Below are positions 39,292 to 48,269 of a stretch of DNA of 64,000 bases, piece after piece (the stretch's first letter is position 1; each line of letters starts with the position of its first letter). The notes beneath the pieces were generated by a model. The model did not search any database. It was given only the letters and a program-made list of their open reading frames with translations, and was not told where the DNA came from. This DNA comes from an uncultured Rhodospirillaceae bacterium (GTDB lineage: Bacteria; Pseudomonadota; Alphaproteobacteria; JAEULC01), in the NCBI GenBank assembly GCA_964557415.1, contig CAZLBB010000015.1, positions 616-64,615 of the forward strand. Direction: 5' to 3'. Both the position numbers and the translations under genes were made by a program.

Positions 39292-40292
39292 CGCCGCGCT
39301 GGCTCGTCCTGCTGCTCGCGGCCGCCGTCGCGGCCGCGCTGGTCCTGGCCCCGCTCGGCCTGCAGCGCTACGGCGTCTACATCCTGACCCTGTGGCTGGT
39401 GACTTCGGTCGCCGCGATGGGCGTCAACCTGATCGTCGGCTATGCCGGGCAGGAGACGCTGGCGCAGGCGGCCTTCCTCGGCATCGGCGCCTACACCACG
39501 GCGCTCGCGATGCAGGCCGGCGTGCCGTTCGGCTTCGCCTTCCTGCTCTCCGGGGCGGCGGCGTTCGTGGTCGGCCTCGTCGTCGGCTTCCCGGCGCTGC
39601 GCGTGCAGAAGCACTATCTCGCCTTCGTCACGCTCGCCTTCTCCGTCTTCGTCTGGCTGGTGATCCGCAACGAGGAGTGGCTCACCGGCGGCGTGACGGG
39701 CCTGATGGGCATCAAGCGGCCGACCTTGGCGGGAACGAGCCTGCGCCCGGCGCCCTACTTCTACTGGTTCGTGCTGGCGATCAGCGCGGGCCTGACCTTC
39801 GCCATGTGGTGGCTGCTGCGCAGCCCCTGGGGCCGCGCCTTCATGGCGCTGCGCGAGAACCCGATCCGGGCGGAAAGCCTGGGGGTCGACGTGCGGCGCT
39901 ACACGCTGCTCGCCTTCGCCATCGGTTCCGCCTATGGCGGCTTCGCCGGGGCGCTCTACGCGCCGCTGGTCGAGTTCATCGACCCGGCGCCCTTCGCCCT
40001 CGGGCCGTCGCTGCTGTTCCTGCTCATGGTCGTGGTCGGCGGCGCCGGCTCGTTCCTCGGGCCGTTCGTCGGCGCCGCCGTCGCCGTGCTGCTGCCGGAA
40101 TGGCTGCGCTTCGCGCAGGGCTACTACCTCATCGTGTACGCCCTGCTGGTGATCGTGCTGATGGCGTTGTGTCCCAGCGGCATCGCCGGCCTCGTCGCGC
40201 GCGTCGTCGGCCGCGCGCGCAAGGCGTCGCCGGCGGCGCTGCCGGCGAAGGCCGGCCTCGCGCCCGCCGCCAGGCCGGAGACGCAGGCATGA
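39288..40292 (+). CDS. HAAT-family ABC permease (LivM-like)
   Basis: In-frame part of track ORF 38373..40292 from MTPRWLVLLLAAAV; ATGA overlap. Confidence 0.85.
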   Translation: MTPRWLVLLLAAAVAAALVLAPLGLQRYGVYILTLWLVTSVAAMGVNLIVGYAGQETLAQAAFLGIGAYTTALAMQAGVPFGFAFLLSGAAAFVVGLVVGFPALRVQKHYLAFVTLAFSVFVWLVIRNEEWLTGGVTGLMGIKRPTLAGTSLRPAPYFYWFVLAISAGLTFAMWWLLRSPWGRAFMALRENPIRAESLGVDVRRYTLLAFAIGSAYGGFAGALYAPLVEFIDPAPFALGPSLLFLLMVVVGGAGSFLGPFVGAAVAVLLPEWLRFAQGYYLIVYALLVIVLMALCPSGIAGLVARVVGRARKASPAALPAKAGLAPAARPETQA

Positions 40293-41032
40293 CCGCCGTG
40301 CTCGAGGTGCGCGACATGCGCAAATCGTTCGGCGGCGTGCACGCCGTCAACGGCGTCTCGTTCGACGTGGAGGAGGGCGAGATCCTCGGCATCATCGGCC
40401 CGAACGGCTCGGGCAAGTCGACGCTGTTCAACTGCATCCTCGGCCAGCTCGCGCCGAGCGCGGGATCGGTGCGGCTGGACGGGCGCGACGTGACGGGATT
40501 GCGTCCCTCGCAGCTGAACCGCCGCGGCGTCAGCCGCACGTTCCAGCTGCTGCAGGTGTTTCCCAAGCTCAGCGTGCGCGAGAACCTGGTCCTGGCCGGG
40601 CAGGAGCACCGCGGGACGATGCTCGGGCGCCTGGTCGGCGCGCGCGACGCCGGCCTCGCCGCCGAGGCGGACCGCATGATCGCCTTCTTCCGCCTGGGCC
40701 ACCTGGCGGACGAGCGGGCGGGCGACCTGTCCTACGGCCAGCAGAAGCTGCTCGACGCCGCCATGGCCTTCATGGCCGGGCCGCGCCTGGTGCTGCTCGA
40801 CGAGCCGGCCGGCGGCGTGAACCCGACGATGCTCGGCGACCTCAAGGAGCGGCTGCAGGCGATCAACCGCGAGACGCGGGCGACCTTCGTGGTGATCGAA
40901 CACAACATGGAATTCGTCATGACCTTGTGCTCGCGCATCCTGGTGCTGGCCGAGGGACAGGTCATCGCCGAAGGCACGCCCGCCGCCGTGCGGCAGAGCG
41001 CCAAGGTGATCGAGGCCTATCTTGGGCACTGA
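40289..41032 (+). CDS. HAAT-family ABC ATP-binding protein (LivG-like)
   Basis: In-frame part of track ORF 39083..41032 from MTAVLEVRDMRKSFGG; GPNGSGKST; ATGA overlap. Confidence 0.85.
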   Translation: MTAVLEVRDMRKSFGGVHAVNGVSFDVEEGEILGIIGPNGSGKSTLFNCILGQLAPSAGSVRLDGRDVTGLRPSQLNRRGVSRTFQLLQVFPKLSVRENLVLAGQEHRGTMLGRLVGARDAGLAAEADRMIAFFRLGHLADERAGDLSYGQQKLLDAAMAFMAGPRLVLLDEPAGGVNPTMLGDLKERLQAINRETRATFVVIEHNMEFVMTLCSRILVLAEGQVIAEGTPAAVRQSAKVIEAYLGH

Positions 41033-41768
41033 CCCCATCCTGACGCTCGACGGGATCGTGTCCGGCTACGACCGGACGACGATCCTCAACGGCACCGACG
41101 CGCGAATCCGCCGCGGCGCCATCACGACGGTGATCGGACCGAACGGGGCCGGAAAGTCGACGGTGTTCAAGACCGTGTTCGGCCTCCTGCCGGTGCGCAG
41201 CGGCCGCATCGCGCTGAACGGCCGCGACACGACCGGCTTCAGCCCGCGGCAGATGCTCGATGCGGGCGTGTGCTACGTGCCGCAGGGCCGCAACATCTTC
41301 CCCGAGCTGACCGTGCGCCACAATCTCGAGCTCGGCGGCGTCGCGCTGAAGGACCAGGCGCGGCTGCGGCCGCGCGTGGAGGCGATGCTGGCGCGTTTTC
41401 CGGCGCTCGCCGTCAAGGCCGACACCCAGGCCTCGACCCTGTCGGGCGGGCAGCAGAAGCTGCTCGAGGTCGCCCGCGGGCTGCTGCTCGACCCCGAGCT
41501 GATGCTGATCGACGAGCCGTCGATCGGGTTGTCGCCGCTGCTGGTGCAGGAAGTCTTCGCCATCCTCAAGGACCTGCGCGGCCGCGGCGTGACGATCCTC
41601 CTGATCGAGCAGAACGCGAAGCAGGCGCTGGAGATCTCGGACTACGGCCTGGTGCTGGAGCAGGGCCAGACGCGGATCGAGGATACGGCGCGCGCCATCC
41701 TCGGCGATCCGCGCATCGCCCAGCTGTTCCTCGGCGGCGGGCTGCCGGGCCAGGCGAGGGTGGCATGA
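41022..41768 (+). CDS. HAAT-family ABC ATP-binding protein (LivF-like)
   Basis: Track ORF, 248 aa, TTG start; GPNGAGKST; LSGGQQKLLEVAR. Confidence 0.85.
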   Translation: MGTDPILTLDGIVSGYDRTTILNGTDARIRRGAITTVIGPNGAGKSTVFKTVFGLLPVRSGRIALNGRDTTGFSPRQMLDAGVCYVPQGRNIFPELTVRHNLELGGVALKDQARLRPRVEAMLARFPALAVKADTQASTLSGGQQKLLEVARGLLLDPELMLIDEPSIGLSPLLVQEVFAILKDLRGRGVTILLIEQNAKQALEISDYGLVLEQGQTRIEDTARAILGDPRIAQLFLGGGLPGQARVA

Positions 41769-42649
41769 CCAGGGCGAAGATCCTCGTCGGGCTGATCGGC
41801 GCGAACATCCAGAAGTCGCTCTCGCCGCTGCTGCACGAGGACGCCTTCGCCGATGCCGGCATCGACGGCCACTACCACCTGATGGATTTCGACCAGCTGC
41901 CGGGCCGCCGGCTGGAGGAACTGCTCGCCGGCGCCTGTGCGACCGGCTTCGCCGGCGTCAACGTGACCTACCCCTGCAAGGAGGCGGTGCTGCCGCTGCT
42001 GGACGAGGTCTCGGCCGAGGCGCGCCAGATCGGCGCCGTGAACACGGTCACGATCGAGCGCAACGGCCGCACGGTCGGCTACAACACCGACCGCACCGGC
42101 TTCCGCGCCAGCTTCGAGGAGACGCTGGGCCGCGACGCCGTCGCCGGCAGGCCGGCGGTGGTGGTCGGCGCGGGCGGGGCGGGGCGCGCGGTCGCCTTCG
42201 CGCTGCTCGACCTCGGCGCCGGCTCGATCCTGGTGCACGACCGCGACGCCGCGCGCGCCACCGCGCTGGTGGCGGAGCTCATCCTGCAGTTCGGCGCGCA
42301 GCGCTGCCAGTTGCTGTCCGACCTGCACGCCGGCCTCGGCGCCGCGTCGGGCGTCGTCAACGCGACCCCGGTCGGCATGCTGGGCTTCCCGGGAACGGCC
42401 GTGCCGTTCGAGGCGATCAAGCCCGAGCACTGGGTCGCCGACGTCGTCTACACGCCGCTGGAGACCGCCCTGGTCAAGGCTGCCCGCCTGCGCGGCGCGC
42501 GCGTGCTGACGGGCGGCGGCATGTGCGTGCACCAGGCCGCGGCGGCGTTCCGCCTGTTCGTCGGCATCGCGCCGGACGTCGCCCGCATGCATCGCGTGTT
42601 CGCCGAGGCCGTCGCCGCGCGCGACGCGGCGCTGGCCCCGGTCGCCTGA
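41765..42649 (+). CDS. shikimate/quinate 5-dehydrogenase family protein (AroE/QsuD-like)
   Basis: In-frame part of track ORF 41270..42649 from MTRAKILVGLIGANIQKSLSPLLH (shikimate DH N-terminal substrate motif); GAGGAGRAVAFAL NAD(P) site; ATGA overlap. Confidence 0.8.
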   Translation: MTRAKILVGLIGANIQKSLSPLLHEDAFADAGIDGHYHLMDFDQLPGRRLEELLAGACATGFAGVNVTYPCKEAVLPLLDEVSAEARQIGAVNTVTIERNGRTVGYNTDRTGFRASFEETLGRDAVAGRPAVVVGAGGAGRAVAFALLDLGAGSILVHDRDAARATALVAELILQFGAQRCQLLSDLHAGLGAASGVVNATPVGMLGFPGTAVPFEAIKPEHWVADVVYTPLETALVKAARLRGARVLTGGGMCVHQAAAAFRLFVGIAPDVARMHRVFAEAVAARDAALAPVA

Positions 42650-42676
42650 GGCTGCACTTCGGGAAGGAGGGAGCGG

Positions 42677-44563
42677 ATGCGGACGTCGATTGCCACGGTT
42701 TCGCTGAGCGGCGCCCTGAACGAGAAGCTCGAGGCGATCGCCGCCGCCCGCTTCCAGGGCGTGGAAATCTTCGAGAACGACCTGCTGTCGTTTGGCGGCA
42801 CGGCGCGCGACGTGCGCCGGATGGTCGCGGACCTGGGCCTCGAGACCATCACCTTCCAGCCCTTCCGCGACTTCGAGGGCATGCCGCCGGCGCAGCGCGA
42901 GCGCGTTTTCGCCCGCGCCGAGCGCAAGTTCGACCTGATGCAGGAGCTGGGCTGCGACCGGCTGCTGGTCTGCTCGAACATATCGCCCGACTCGCTCGGC
43001 GGCATCGACCGCGCCGCCGCCGACCTGCGCGAGCTGGGCGAACGCGCGGCCCGGCGCGGCCTGCGCGTCGGCTTCGAGGCGCTCGCCTGGGGCCTGCACA
43101 TCAACGACTACCGCGACGCCTGGGAAGCCGTGCGGCGCGCGGACCATCCGGCGGTCGGACTGGTGCTCGACAGCTTCCATGTCCTCGCGCGCAAGACCGA
43201 CCTCAAGCCGCTGCGCGGCATCCCGGCGGACCGCATCACCCTGGTGCAGATCGCCGACGCGCCGCTGCTGGAGATGGACTACCTGTCCTGGAGCCGGCAT
43301 TTCCGCAGCTTTCCGGGCCAAGGCGAGCTGCCCGTGCTGGCGTTCATGGAGGCGCTCTGGTCCACCGGGTTCGACGACTGGCTTTCGCTCGAGATCTTCA
43401 ACGACCAGTTCCGCGCCGGATCGGCGCGGCGGGTCGCGGTCGACGGCCAGCGCTCGCTGCGCTTCCTGCTCGACGCGCTCGCCGCCCGCACCGGCCGGCC
43501 GGTCGCCGGCACCGAGGCGATGCCGGCGCGCTCGGCCTGCAACGGCGTCGAATTCATCGAGTTCGCTGTCGACGAGACGGCGGCAAGCGCCCTCGAGCGC
43601 GTGCTGCGGGGCCTGGGATTCCGCAAGGCGGGGCTGCATCGCTCGAAATCGGTCGCGCGCTGGGCGCAGGGGGCGATCAACATCGTCACCAACACCGAGA
43701 AGGAAGGCTTTGCCCATTCCTTCAACATCACGCATGGCAGCGCGGTGTGCGCGATCGGGCTCAGGGTCGACGATGCCGCGGCGACGCTCGAGCGGGCGCA
43801 GAAGCTGCTCGACCAGCCCTTCCGCCAGGCGGTCGGCCCGGGCGAGCTGGAGATACCGGCCGTGCGCGGCCTCGGCGGCAGCCTGCTCTATTTCATCGAC
43901 GCGAAGAGCGCGCTCGGCCGCGTCTGGGACATCGAGTTCACGCCGGTCGCGGGCGGCGACGACGCCGGGATCGGCCTCGCTTCGGTCGACCACGTCTCGC
44001 AGTCGATGCATCACGAGGAGATGCTGTCCTGGCTGCTGTTCTACACCTCGCTGCTGGAGGTGACGAAGACGCCGGTGCAGGACGTGATCGATCCCGGCGG
44101 CATCGTGCTGAGCCAGGTCGTGCAGTCGACGGACGGGAGCCTGCGCATTGTGCTGAACGCCTCGCAGAGCCAGCGCACGCAGTCGGCGCGGTTCCTGACC
44201 GAGCTGTTCGGCTCGGGCGTGCAGCACATCGCGTTCGCGACCGACGACATCTTCGCCGCCGTGGCGGGACTCCGCCGCAACGGCGTCACGCTGCTGCCGA
44301 TCACCGAGAACTACTACGACGACCTCGAGGCGCGCACTGGGCTCGCGCCCGAGCTGATCGACCGCATGCGCGCCGCCAGCATCCTCTACGACCGCGAGGG
44401 CGGCGCCGAGTATTTCCAGGTCTACACGCCAAGCTTCGAGGACCGCTTCTTCTTCGAGATCGTCGAACGTCGGCGCTACCGCGGCTTCGGCGCCGTCAAC
44501 GCGCCGATCCGGCTGGCCGCGCAGACGCGGCTGGTCCGGGGCCTTGTGCCGCTGGAGCGGTGA
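42677..44563 (+). CDS. fused sugar-phosphate isomerase/epimerase (TIM-barrel) + 4-hydroxyphenylpyruvate-dioxygenase-like protein; 3-dehydroshikimate dehydratase (QuiC/QsuB type)
   Basis: Track ORF, 628 aa; two-domain architecture recognised from sequence; context with the shikimate DH and LysR genes. Confidence 0.75.
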   Translation: MRTSIATVSLSGALNEKLEAIAAARFQGVEIFENDLLSFGGTARDVRRMVADLGLETITFQPFRDFEGMPPAQRERVFARAERKFDLMQELGCDRLLVCSNISPDSLGGIDRAAADLRELGERAARRGLRVGFEALAWGLHINDYRDAWEAVRRADHPAVGLVLDSFHVLARKTDLKPLRGIPADRITLVQIADAPLLEMDYLSWSRHFRSFPGQGELPVLAFMEALWSTGFDDWLSLEIFNDQFRAGSARRVAVDGQRSLRFLLDALAARTGRPVAGTEAMPARSACNGVEFIEFAVDETAASALERVLRGLGFRKAGLHRSKSVARWAQGAINIVTNTEKEGFAHSFNITHGSAVCAIGLRVDDAAATLERAQKLLDQPFRQAVGPGELEIPAVRGLGGSLLYFIDAKSALGRVWDIEFTPVAGGDDAGIGLASVDHVSQSMHHEEMLSWLLFYTSLLEVTKTPVQDVIDPGGIVLSQVVQSTDGSLRIVLNASQSQRTQSARFLTELFGSGVQHIAFATDDIFAAVAGLRRNGVTLLPITENYYDDLEARTGLAPELIDRMRAASILYDREGGAEYFQVYTPSFEDRFFFEIVERRRYRGFGAVNAPIRLAAQTRLVRGLVPLER

Positions 44564-44668
44564 GCGGACGGCAGCGTGCCTTGACTTCGTTCGGCCGTTG
44601 GCGGCATGACAGGCCGGCCCGGCGGGGTGCGCCCTGCCGACGCCCAGCATCGACCGGCGCGGGAACCG

Positions 44669-44694
44669 CCGGCCCCGCGACGAGACGGGGCCGG
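44669..44694 (+). terminator. GC hairpin downstream of the quiC-like gene (CCGGCCCC-N10-GGGGCCGG), possible intrinsic terminator without U-tract
   Basis: Perfect 8-bp stem seen in sequence, 105 nt after the stop at 44563. Confidence 0.3.
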
Positions 44695-44726
44695 AGAGGG
44701 CGGGGCCGACTCGCGAGGACGCACGT

Positions 44727-46592
44727 ATGCGGATTGTCCGCTATTTCGAGACGCTGCTCGAGCCGACGGCCCTGCCACCGGACGCGCCGCCGCCGACGGG
44801 CCTGATCGCTTTCTACTGGCACTACGCGCGCCAGGCGCGGTTCCTGGTCGCCGGCCTGTTCGTGACCGGGTTCGCCGTCGCCCTGCTCGACACCACGATC
44901 CCAATCTTCATCGGCCGCGTGGTCGGTCTGATCGCGAATCACCCGCCGGCGAGCCTGCTCGAGCAAGCCTGGCCGGAGCTGTTGGGCATGGCGCTGGTGC
45001 TGCTGATCGCGCGGCCCGCTTCGATCCTGCTGCAGAACCTGTTCACGCACCAGGCCATCGCCGCCGGGTTGAGCAATCTCGTGCGCTGGCAGAGCCATTG
45101 GCACGTCGTACGCCAGAGCTGGAGCTTCTTCCAGAACGACTTCGCCGGCCGCGTCGCCAACCGCGTGATGCAGACGGGGCCGGCCCTGCGCGAGAGCGTC
45201 GTCGCTGGCACCAACGCCGTGCTCTACATCCTGGTCTATGGCGGCAGCGCCATCCTCTTGATGTCGTCCAACGATGTCCGCCTCGCCCTGCCGGCGATGC
45301 TGTGGTTCGCCGGCTACAGCCTACTGCTGTGGCGCTTCGTGCCGCGCCTGCGGCGCGGCTCGCGCGAGATGTCCGAGGTACGCTCGGCGCTGACCGGCCG
45401 GGTGGTCGACAGCTACACCAACATCCTGACCGTGAAGCTGTTCGCGCGGCCGCAGGACGAGGATCAGTTCGTGCGCAGCTCGGTCGACGAGCATACCGAG
45501 AAGTTCCGCGGCCAGCTGCGCCTGATCACGCATTTCGGCATCTCGCTCGCGCTCATCAACGCGGCCATGGTCGTCGGCACCGGGGCGGTCGCGCTCTGGC
45601 TGTGGACGCGGGGTGACGTCACCGTCGCCGCCGTGGCCATGGCGCTGCCGCTCACCTGGCAGATCGCCAGCGTCGCCGGCTGGGTCGCGCAGAACGTCAC
45701 GTCGATCTTCGAGAACGTGGGCGTCGTGCAGGACGGCATGCGCTCGATCGCCGTGCCGCGCCAGATGCAGGACAGGCCCGGCGCCGCCACCTTGCGCGTG
45801 ACGCGCGGCGCCGTGCGGTTCGAGGGCGTGTATTTCGGCTACGGCAAGACCAGGGGCGTGCTCAACGGCATCGACCTCGCGATCGCGCCGGGCGAGCGGG
45901 TCGGCCTGGTCGGCCGCTCGGGCTCCGGCAAGTCGACGCTGGTGAACCTGCTGCTCCGGTTCTACGAGCTGGAAGGCGGCCGCGTCCTGATCGACGGCCA
46001 GGACATCGCTGAGGTCACGCAGGAAAGCCTGCGCGCGCATATCGCCATGGTGACGCAGGACACCTCGCTGCTGCACCGCTCGATCCGCGACAACATCCGC
46101 TACGGAAGGCCCAGCGCCAGCGAGGCCGAGATCCGCGACGCGGCCGAGCGGGCGCACGCGCTGTCGTTCATCGAGGCGGCCGAGGACTGGCATGGGCGGC
46201 GCGGCTTCGACGCTCATGTCGGCGAGCGTGGCGTGAAGCTGTCGGGCGGCCAGCGCCAGCGCATCGCCATCGCGCGCGTGATCCTGAAGAACGCGCCGAT
46301 CCTGGTGCTGGACGAGGCGACCTCGGCGCTCGACTCCGAGGTCGAGGCCGCGATCCAGGAGCAGCTCGACAGCCTGATGAAGGGACGCACCGTCATCGCC
46401 ATCGCCCACCGCCTGTCGACGATCGCGCGCATGGACCGCCTGATCGTGCTCGACCACGGCCGCGTGGTCGAGGAGGGCGCGCATGCCGGCCTGCTTGCGG
46501 CGGGCGGCACCTACGCCAGGCTCTGGCAACGCCAGTCCGGCGGGTTCCAGACCCTCGCGCCCGACGCGCATCTCGACGTGACGCCGGCATAG
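44727..46592 (+). CDS. ABC transporter fused permease/ATP-binding protein (MsbA-like exporter)
   Basis: Track ORF, 621 aa; N-terminal 6-TM domain; GRSGSGKST; [13 protein letters not shown]. Confidence 0.85.
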   Translation: MRIVRYFETLLEPTALPPDAPPPTGLIAFYWHYARQARFLVAGLFVTGFAVALLDTTIPIFIGRVVGLIANHPPASLLEQAWPELLGMALVLLIARPASILLQNLFTHQAIAAGLSNLVRWQSHWHVVRQSWSFFQNDFAGRVANRVMQTGPALRESVVAGTNAVLYILVYGGSAILLMSSNDVRLALPAMLWFAGYSLLLWRFVPRLRRGSREMSEVRSALTGRVVDSYTNILTVKLFARPQDEDQFVRSSVDEHTEKFRGQLRLITHFGISLALINAAMVVGTGAVALWLWTRGDVTVAAVAMALPLTWQIASVAGWVAQNVTSIFENVGVVQDGMRSIAVPRQMQDRPGAATLRVTRGAVRFEGVYFGYGKTRGVLNGIDLAIAPGERVGLVGRSGSGKSTLVNLLLRFYELEGGRVLIDGQDIAEVTQESLRAHIAMVTQDTSLLHRSIRDNIRYGRPSASEAEIRDAAERAHALSFIEAAEDWHGRRGFDAHVGERGVKLSGGQRQRIAIARVILKNAPILVLDEATSALDSEVEAAIQEQLDSLMKGRTVIAIAHRLSTIARMDRLIVLDHGRVVEEGAHAGLLAAGGTYARLWQRQSGGFQTLAPDAHLDVTPA

Positions 46593-46644
46593 CAAGGATC
46601 CCCGGCTGATCGCGGCACGGCGCGCGCACGGCAAATATCGCCAA

Positions 46645-46658
46645 ATGATATTTATCAA
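46645..46658 (+). promoter_or_regulatory. FNR/Anr-type box (ATGAT-ATTT-ATCAA) about 185 bp upstream of narK1
   Basis: 9/10 match to TTGAT-N4-ATCAA; embedded in an AT-rich island (AAATATC-N7-GATATTT palindrome). Confidence 0.5.
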
Positions 46659-46682
46659 GATTATCACTGGCAAACCGCAATG

Positions 46683-46727
46683 CTGCAATTGCGTGCTCGC
46701 AATGCAGCGCCCGATTTTCCTGCATTT
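46683..46727 (+). promoter_or_regulatory. cluster of imperfect palindromes (CTGCAATTGCG-N5-CGCAATGCAG; AATGCAG-N13-CTGCATT) in the nar promoter region
   Basis: Seen in sequence; candidate binding site for an additional regulator (NarL/NsrR/NnrR-type unknown). Confidence 0.3.
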
Positions 46728-46739
46728 CCGGCCGCACTC

Positions 46740-46753
46740 TTGATCCAGGTCAA
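46740..46753 (+). promoter_or_regulatory. FNR/Dnr-type box (TTGAT-CCAG-GTCAA) about 90 bp upstream of narK1 ATG
   Basis: 9/10 match to TTGAT-N4-ATCAA consensus. Confidence 0.55.
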
Positions 46754-46835
46754 CGGCGGCTGACCGCCTCCTCTTCAGGATGCCTCGCGTCCCGATCCGC
46801 CCACTCGGCGCGGATGCGGAACATGGAGAGTGGAC

Positions 46836-48245
46836 ATGACCGCCTCAGCCGTATCGCCGCGCGAGCGCACCACCGCGCTGACCATGAGCACGCTGGCCTT
46901 CACCGCCTGCTTCGCGGTGTGGACGATCTTCTCGATCATCGGCGTGCAGATCAAGAAGGACCTCGGCCTCAACGACACCCAGTTCGGCCTTTTGGTCGGC
47001 ACGCCGATCCTGACCGGCTCGCTGATCCGCCTGATGCTCGGCATCTGGACCGACCAGTACGGCGGGCGCATCGTCTACACGGCGGTCATGGTTTCGGCCG
47101 CGATCGCCACCTGGCTCTTGTCCTGGGCCCACAGCTACGAGACCTTCCTGATCGCGGCGCTCGGCGTCGGCATCGCCGGCGGCTCCTTCGCCGTCGGCAT
47201 CGCCTACGTCTCGAAGTGGTATCCGAAGGAGCAGCAGGGCACCGCCCTCGGCATCTTCGGCGCCGGCAATGTCGGCGCGGCCGTCACCAAGTTCGCCGCC
47301 CCCTTCGTGATGGTCGCCTTCGGCTGGACGGCGGTGGCGCAGGTCTGGGCCATCGGCCTGCTGGTCATGGCCGCGGTCTTCTGGCTCGCGACCAGGGACG
47401 ATCCGTCGCTGGCCGAGCGCAAGCGCACGAACCGCGCGCCCGAGCCGTTCATGGCCCAGCTCGCGCCGCTGACCAAGGTCCAGGTCTGGCGCTTCTCGCT
47501 CTACTACTTCTTCGTGTTCGGCGGCTTCGTCGCCCTGGCGCTGTGGCTGCCGCGCTACTATGTCGGCGTCTACGGGCTCGACATCACGCTCGCCGGCATG
47601 CTCGGCGCGGCCTACTCGATCCCGGGCTCGCTGTTCCGCATCCTCGGCGGCACGCTGTCCGACAAGTACGGCGCCAGGCGCGTGATGTACTGGACCTTCA
47701 TCGGCTCGGTCATCTGCACGTTCCTCCTGTCCTATCCCGCGACGCGCTACGTGGTGACCGGCATCCGCGGGCCGATCGAGTTCACCATCGCCATCGGCTT
47801 CGTCCCCTTCACCTTGCTGACCTTCGCCCTCGGCTTCTTCATGTCGCTGGGCAAGGCCGCGGTCTACAAGCACATCCCCGTCTACTATCCGGGTCATGTC
47901 GGCTCGGTCGGCGGCGTCGTCGGCCTGATCGGCGGCCTCGGCGGCTTCGTGCTGCCGATCGCCTTCGGTGCGATGAACGACCTGACCGGCGTCTGGACCA
48001 GCTGCTTCATGCTGCTGTTCCTGGTCGTCGCCGCCTCGCTGCTGTGGATGCACGCCGCGATCCGCTACATGGAGAAGCGCCAGATCCCCGCGCTCGCCGC
48101 GCCGCAGTACCTGCCCGAGGAGGACATCCTCGGGCCGGTGCTGCCGCATGAGCCTGGCGCTGCCGCACCCAGCCCGACGCCGTCGCCCGGCGGAGGCCCC
48201 GGCGTGGCGCCGCTGCGCGGCGCGCGCCCGGCCGGTCGCGCCTGA
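46836..48245 (+). CDS. narK: NarK-family MFS nitrate/nitrite transporter (NarK1-type)
   Basis: In-frame part of track ORF 46830..48245 from MTASAVS; 12 TM; NNP-family motifs (GxxxNFG-like GNVGAA). Confidence 0.85.
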   Translation: MTASAVSPRERTTALTMSTLAFTACFAVWTIFSIIGVQIKKDLGLNDTQFGLLVGTPILTGSLIRLMLGIWTDQYGGRIVYTAVMVSAAIATWLLSWAHSYETFLIAALGVGIAGGSFAVGIAYVSKWYPKEQQGTALGIFGAGNVGAAVTKFAAPFVMVAFGWTAVAQVWAIGLLVMAAVFWLATRDDPSLAERKRTNRAPEPFMAQLAPLTKVQVWRFSLYYFFVFGGFVALALWLPRYYVGVYGLDITLAGMLGAAYSIPGSLFRILGGTLSDKYGARRVMYWTFIGSVICTFLLSYPATRYVVTGIRGPIEFTIAIGFVPFTLLTFALGFFMSLGKAAVYKHIPVYYPGHVGSVGGVVGLIGGLGGFVLPIAFGAMNDLTGVWTSCFMLLFLVVAASLLWMHAAIRYMEKRQIPALAAPQYLPEEDILGPVLPHEPGAAAPSPTPSPGGGPGVAPLRGARPAGRA

Positions 48246-48269
48246 CCCCGAGCCGAAAGGAACATCGCC

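Noticed and set aside
41642-44650. 1002-aa minus-strand ORF antisense to aroE-like/quiC-like genes
   Set aside because: Shadow ORF; the opposite strand carries recognisable enzymes with coupled starts.
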